DNA of 64,000 nucleotides from Verrucomicrobia bacterium GWF2_51_19 (GTDB lineage Bacteria; Verrucomicrobiota; Verrucomicrobiia; Opitutales; UBA12508): NCBI GenBank assembly GCA_001831095.1, contig MIDP01000005.1, positions 30,514 to 94,513 of the forward strand, read 5' to 3'. Shown piece by piece: positions 63,631 to 64,000 of this stretch (position 1 is its first letter; each line of letters starts with the position of its first letter). The notes under the pieces were generated by a model. It saw only the letters and a program-made list of their open reading frames with translations, ran no database searches and was not told where the DNA came from. The position numbers and the translations under genes were made by a program.

Positions 63631-64000
63631 TTGAGAGAAGGCCTTTAAAGGCTTGGGAACGTCTGAACATACTTGCTTTTTTAAAGGGCATGCGGACGAC
63701 CTTACGCTGGCTTCTCAAACGACCGATCACCCTTGAGTACCCCGAAGCTCGGCCCTACATCCCCGACAATTACCGCGGTACTCCAACCCTCGTCAAAGAC
63801 ATCTACGGGCGCGAAAAGTGTGTCGCCTGTCAGTTGTGCGAACACATTTGTCCTGCAAAAGCGATACGCATAACGCCCGGCCCCGCTCCAGAGGGATTTT
63901 CGCACATTGGTCGGGCACCCGCCATTTTCCAAATCGACCGTTCCCGTTGCATTCATTGTGGTCTATGCGAAGAGGTCTGCCCCGAAGAGGCCATCGTGCT
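63618..64000 (+). CDS. nuoI: NADH-quinone oxidoreductase subunit I (partial, runs off window)
   Basis: Hand translation from ATG 63618: MAKLVERRPLKAWERLNILAFLKGMRTTLRWLLKRPITLEYPEARPYIPDNYRGTPTLVKDIYGREKCVACQLCEHICPAKAI...RCIHCGLCEEVCPEEAIV. Two CxxCxxCxxxCP ferredoxin motifs. Overlaps nuoH by 13 nt. Confidence 0.85.
   Translation, partial: MAKLVERRPLKAWERLNILAFLKGMRTTLRWLLKRPITLEYPEARPYIPDNYRGTPTLVKDIYGREKCVACQLCEHICPAKAIRITPGPAPEGFSHIGRAPAIFQIDRSRCIHCGLCEEVCPEEAIV

Overview
All calls are by eye from the sequence and ORF track. No search or folding program was run, and hand-derived coordinates may be off by 1-3 nt.

Bacterial chromosome segment, roughly 50% GC by eye. Gene content suggests a PVC-type lineage (Chlamydiae-, Verrucomicrobia- or Lentisphaerae-like). 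That placement is a low-confidence inference from fused SecDF, WaaA, an orphan T3SS/flagellar-type ATPase, an ankyrin-repeat protein and the absence of L30.

Positions 1-32283 form one contiguous minus-strand translation/transcription super-operon: tRNA-Thr, tuf, tRNA-Trp, secE, nusG, rplKAJL, rpoBC, rpsLG, fusA, S10-spc-alpha and the start of rpoA. The remainder encodes housekeeping and envelope genes: ftsK, glgA, radC, glmS, xth, an MFS transporter, glgC, tsaB, an ankyrin protein, murD, a LysM lipoprotein, an M16 peptidase, waaA, proS, a FliI/SctN-type ATPase, DUF167, a solute-binding protein, a TonB-like protein, secDF, yajC and nuoHI.

The outstanding feature is a family of MITE-like palindromic repeats that I do not recognise. 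More than 40 copies or fragments are present, about 4 kb or 6% of the window by hand count. There are three core types, called A, B and C here, which share one terminal inverted repeat, TAAAGACC-N-TGCAAAATG.
- They fill 15 of the 39 junctions of the super-operon.
- They abut or supply stop codons on one side and sit 4-15 nt from start codons on the other.
- They show compensatory base changes in their hairpins and form full-to-solo-TIR deletion series.
- They carry nested modules.
- In two cases they lie inside reading frames: in frame within murD, and at the 5' end of waaA.
- Solo termini supply the last codons and stop of glgA, of the M16 peptidase and of a truncated tlyA.

No transposase, CRISPR array or rRNA gene is present in the window.
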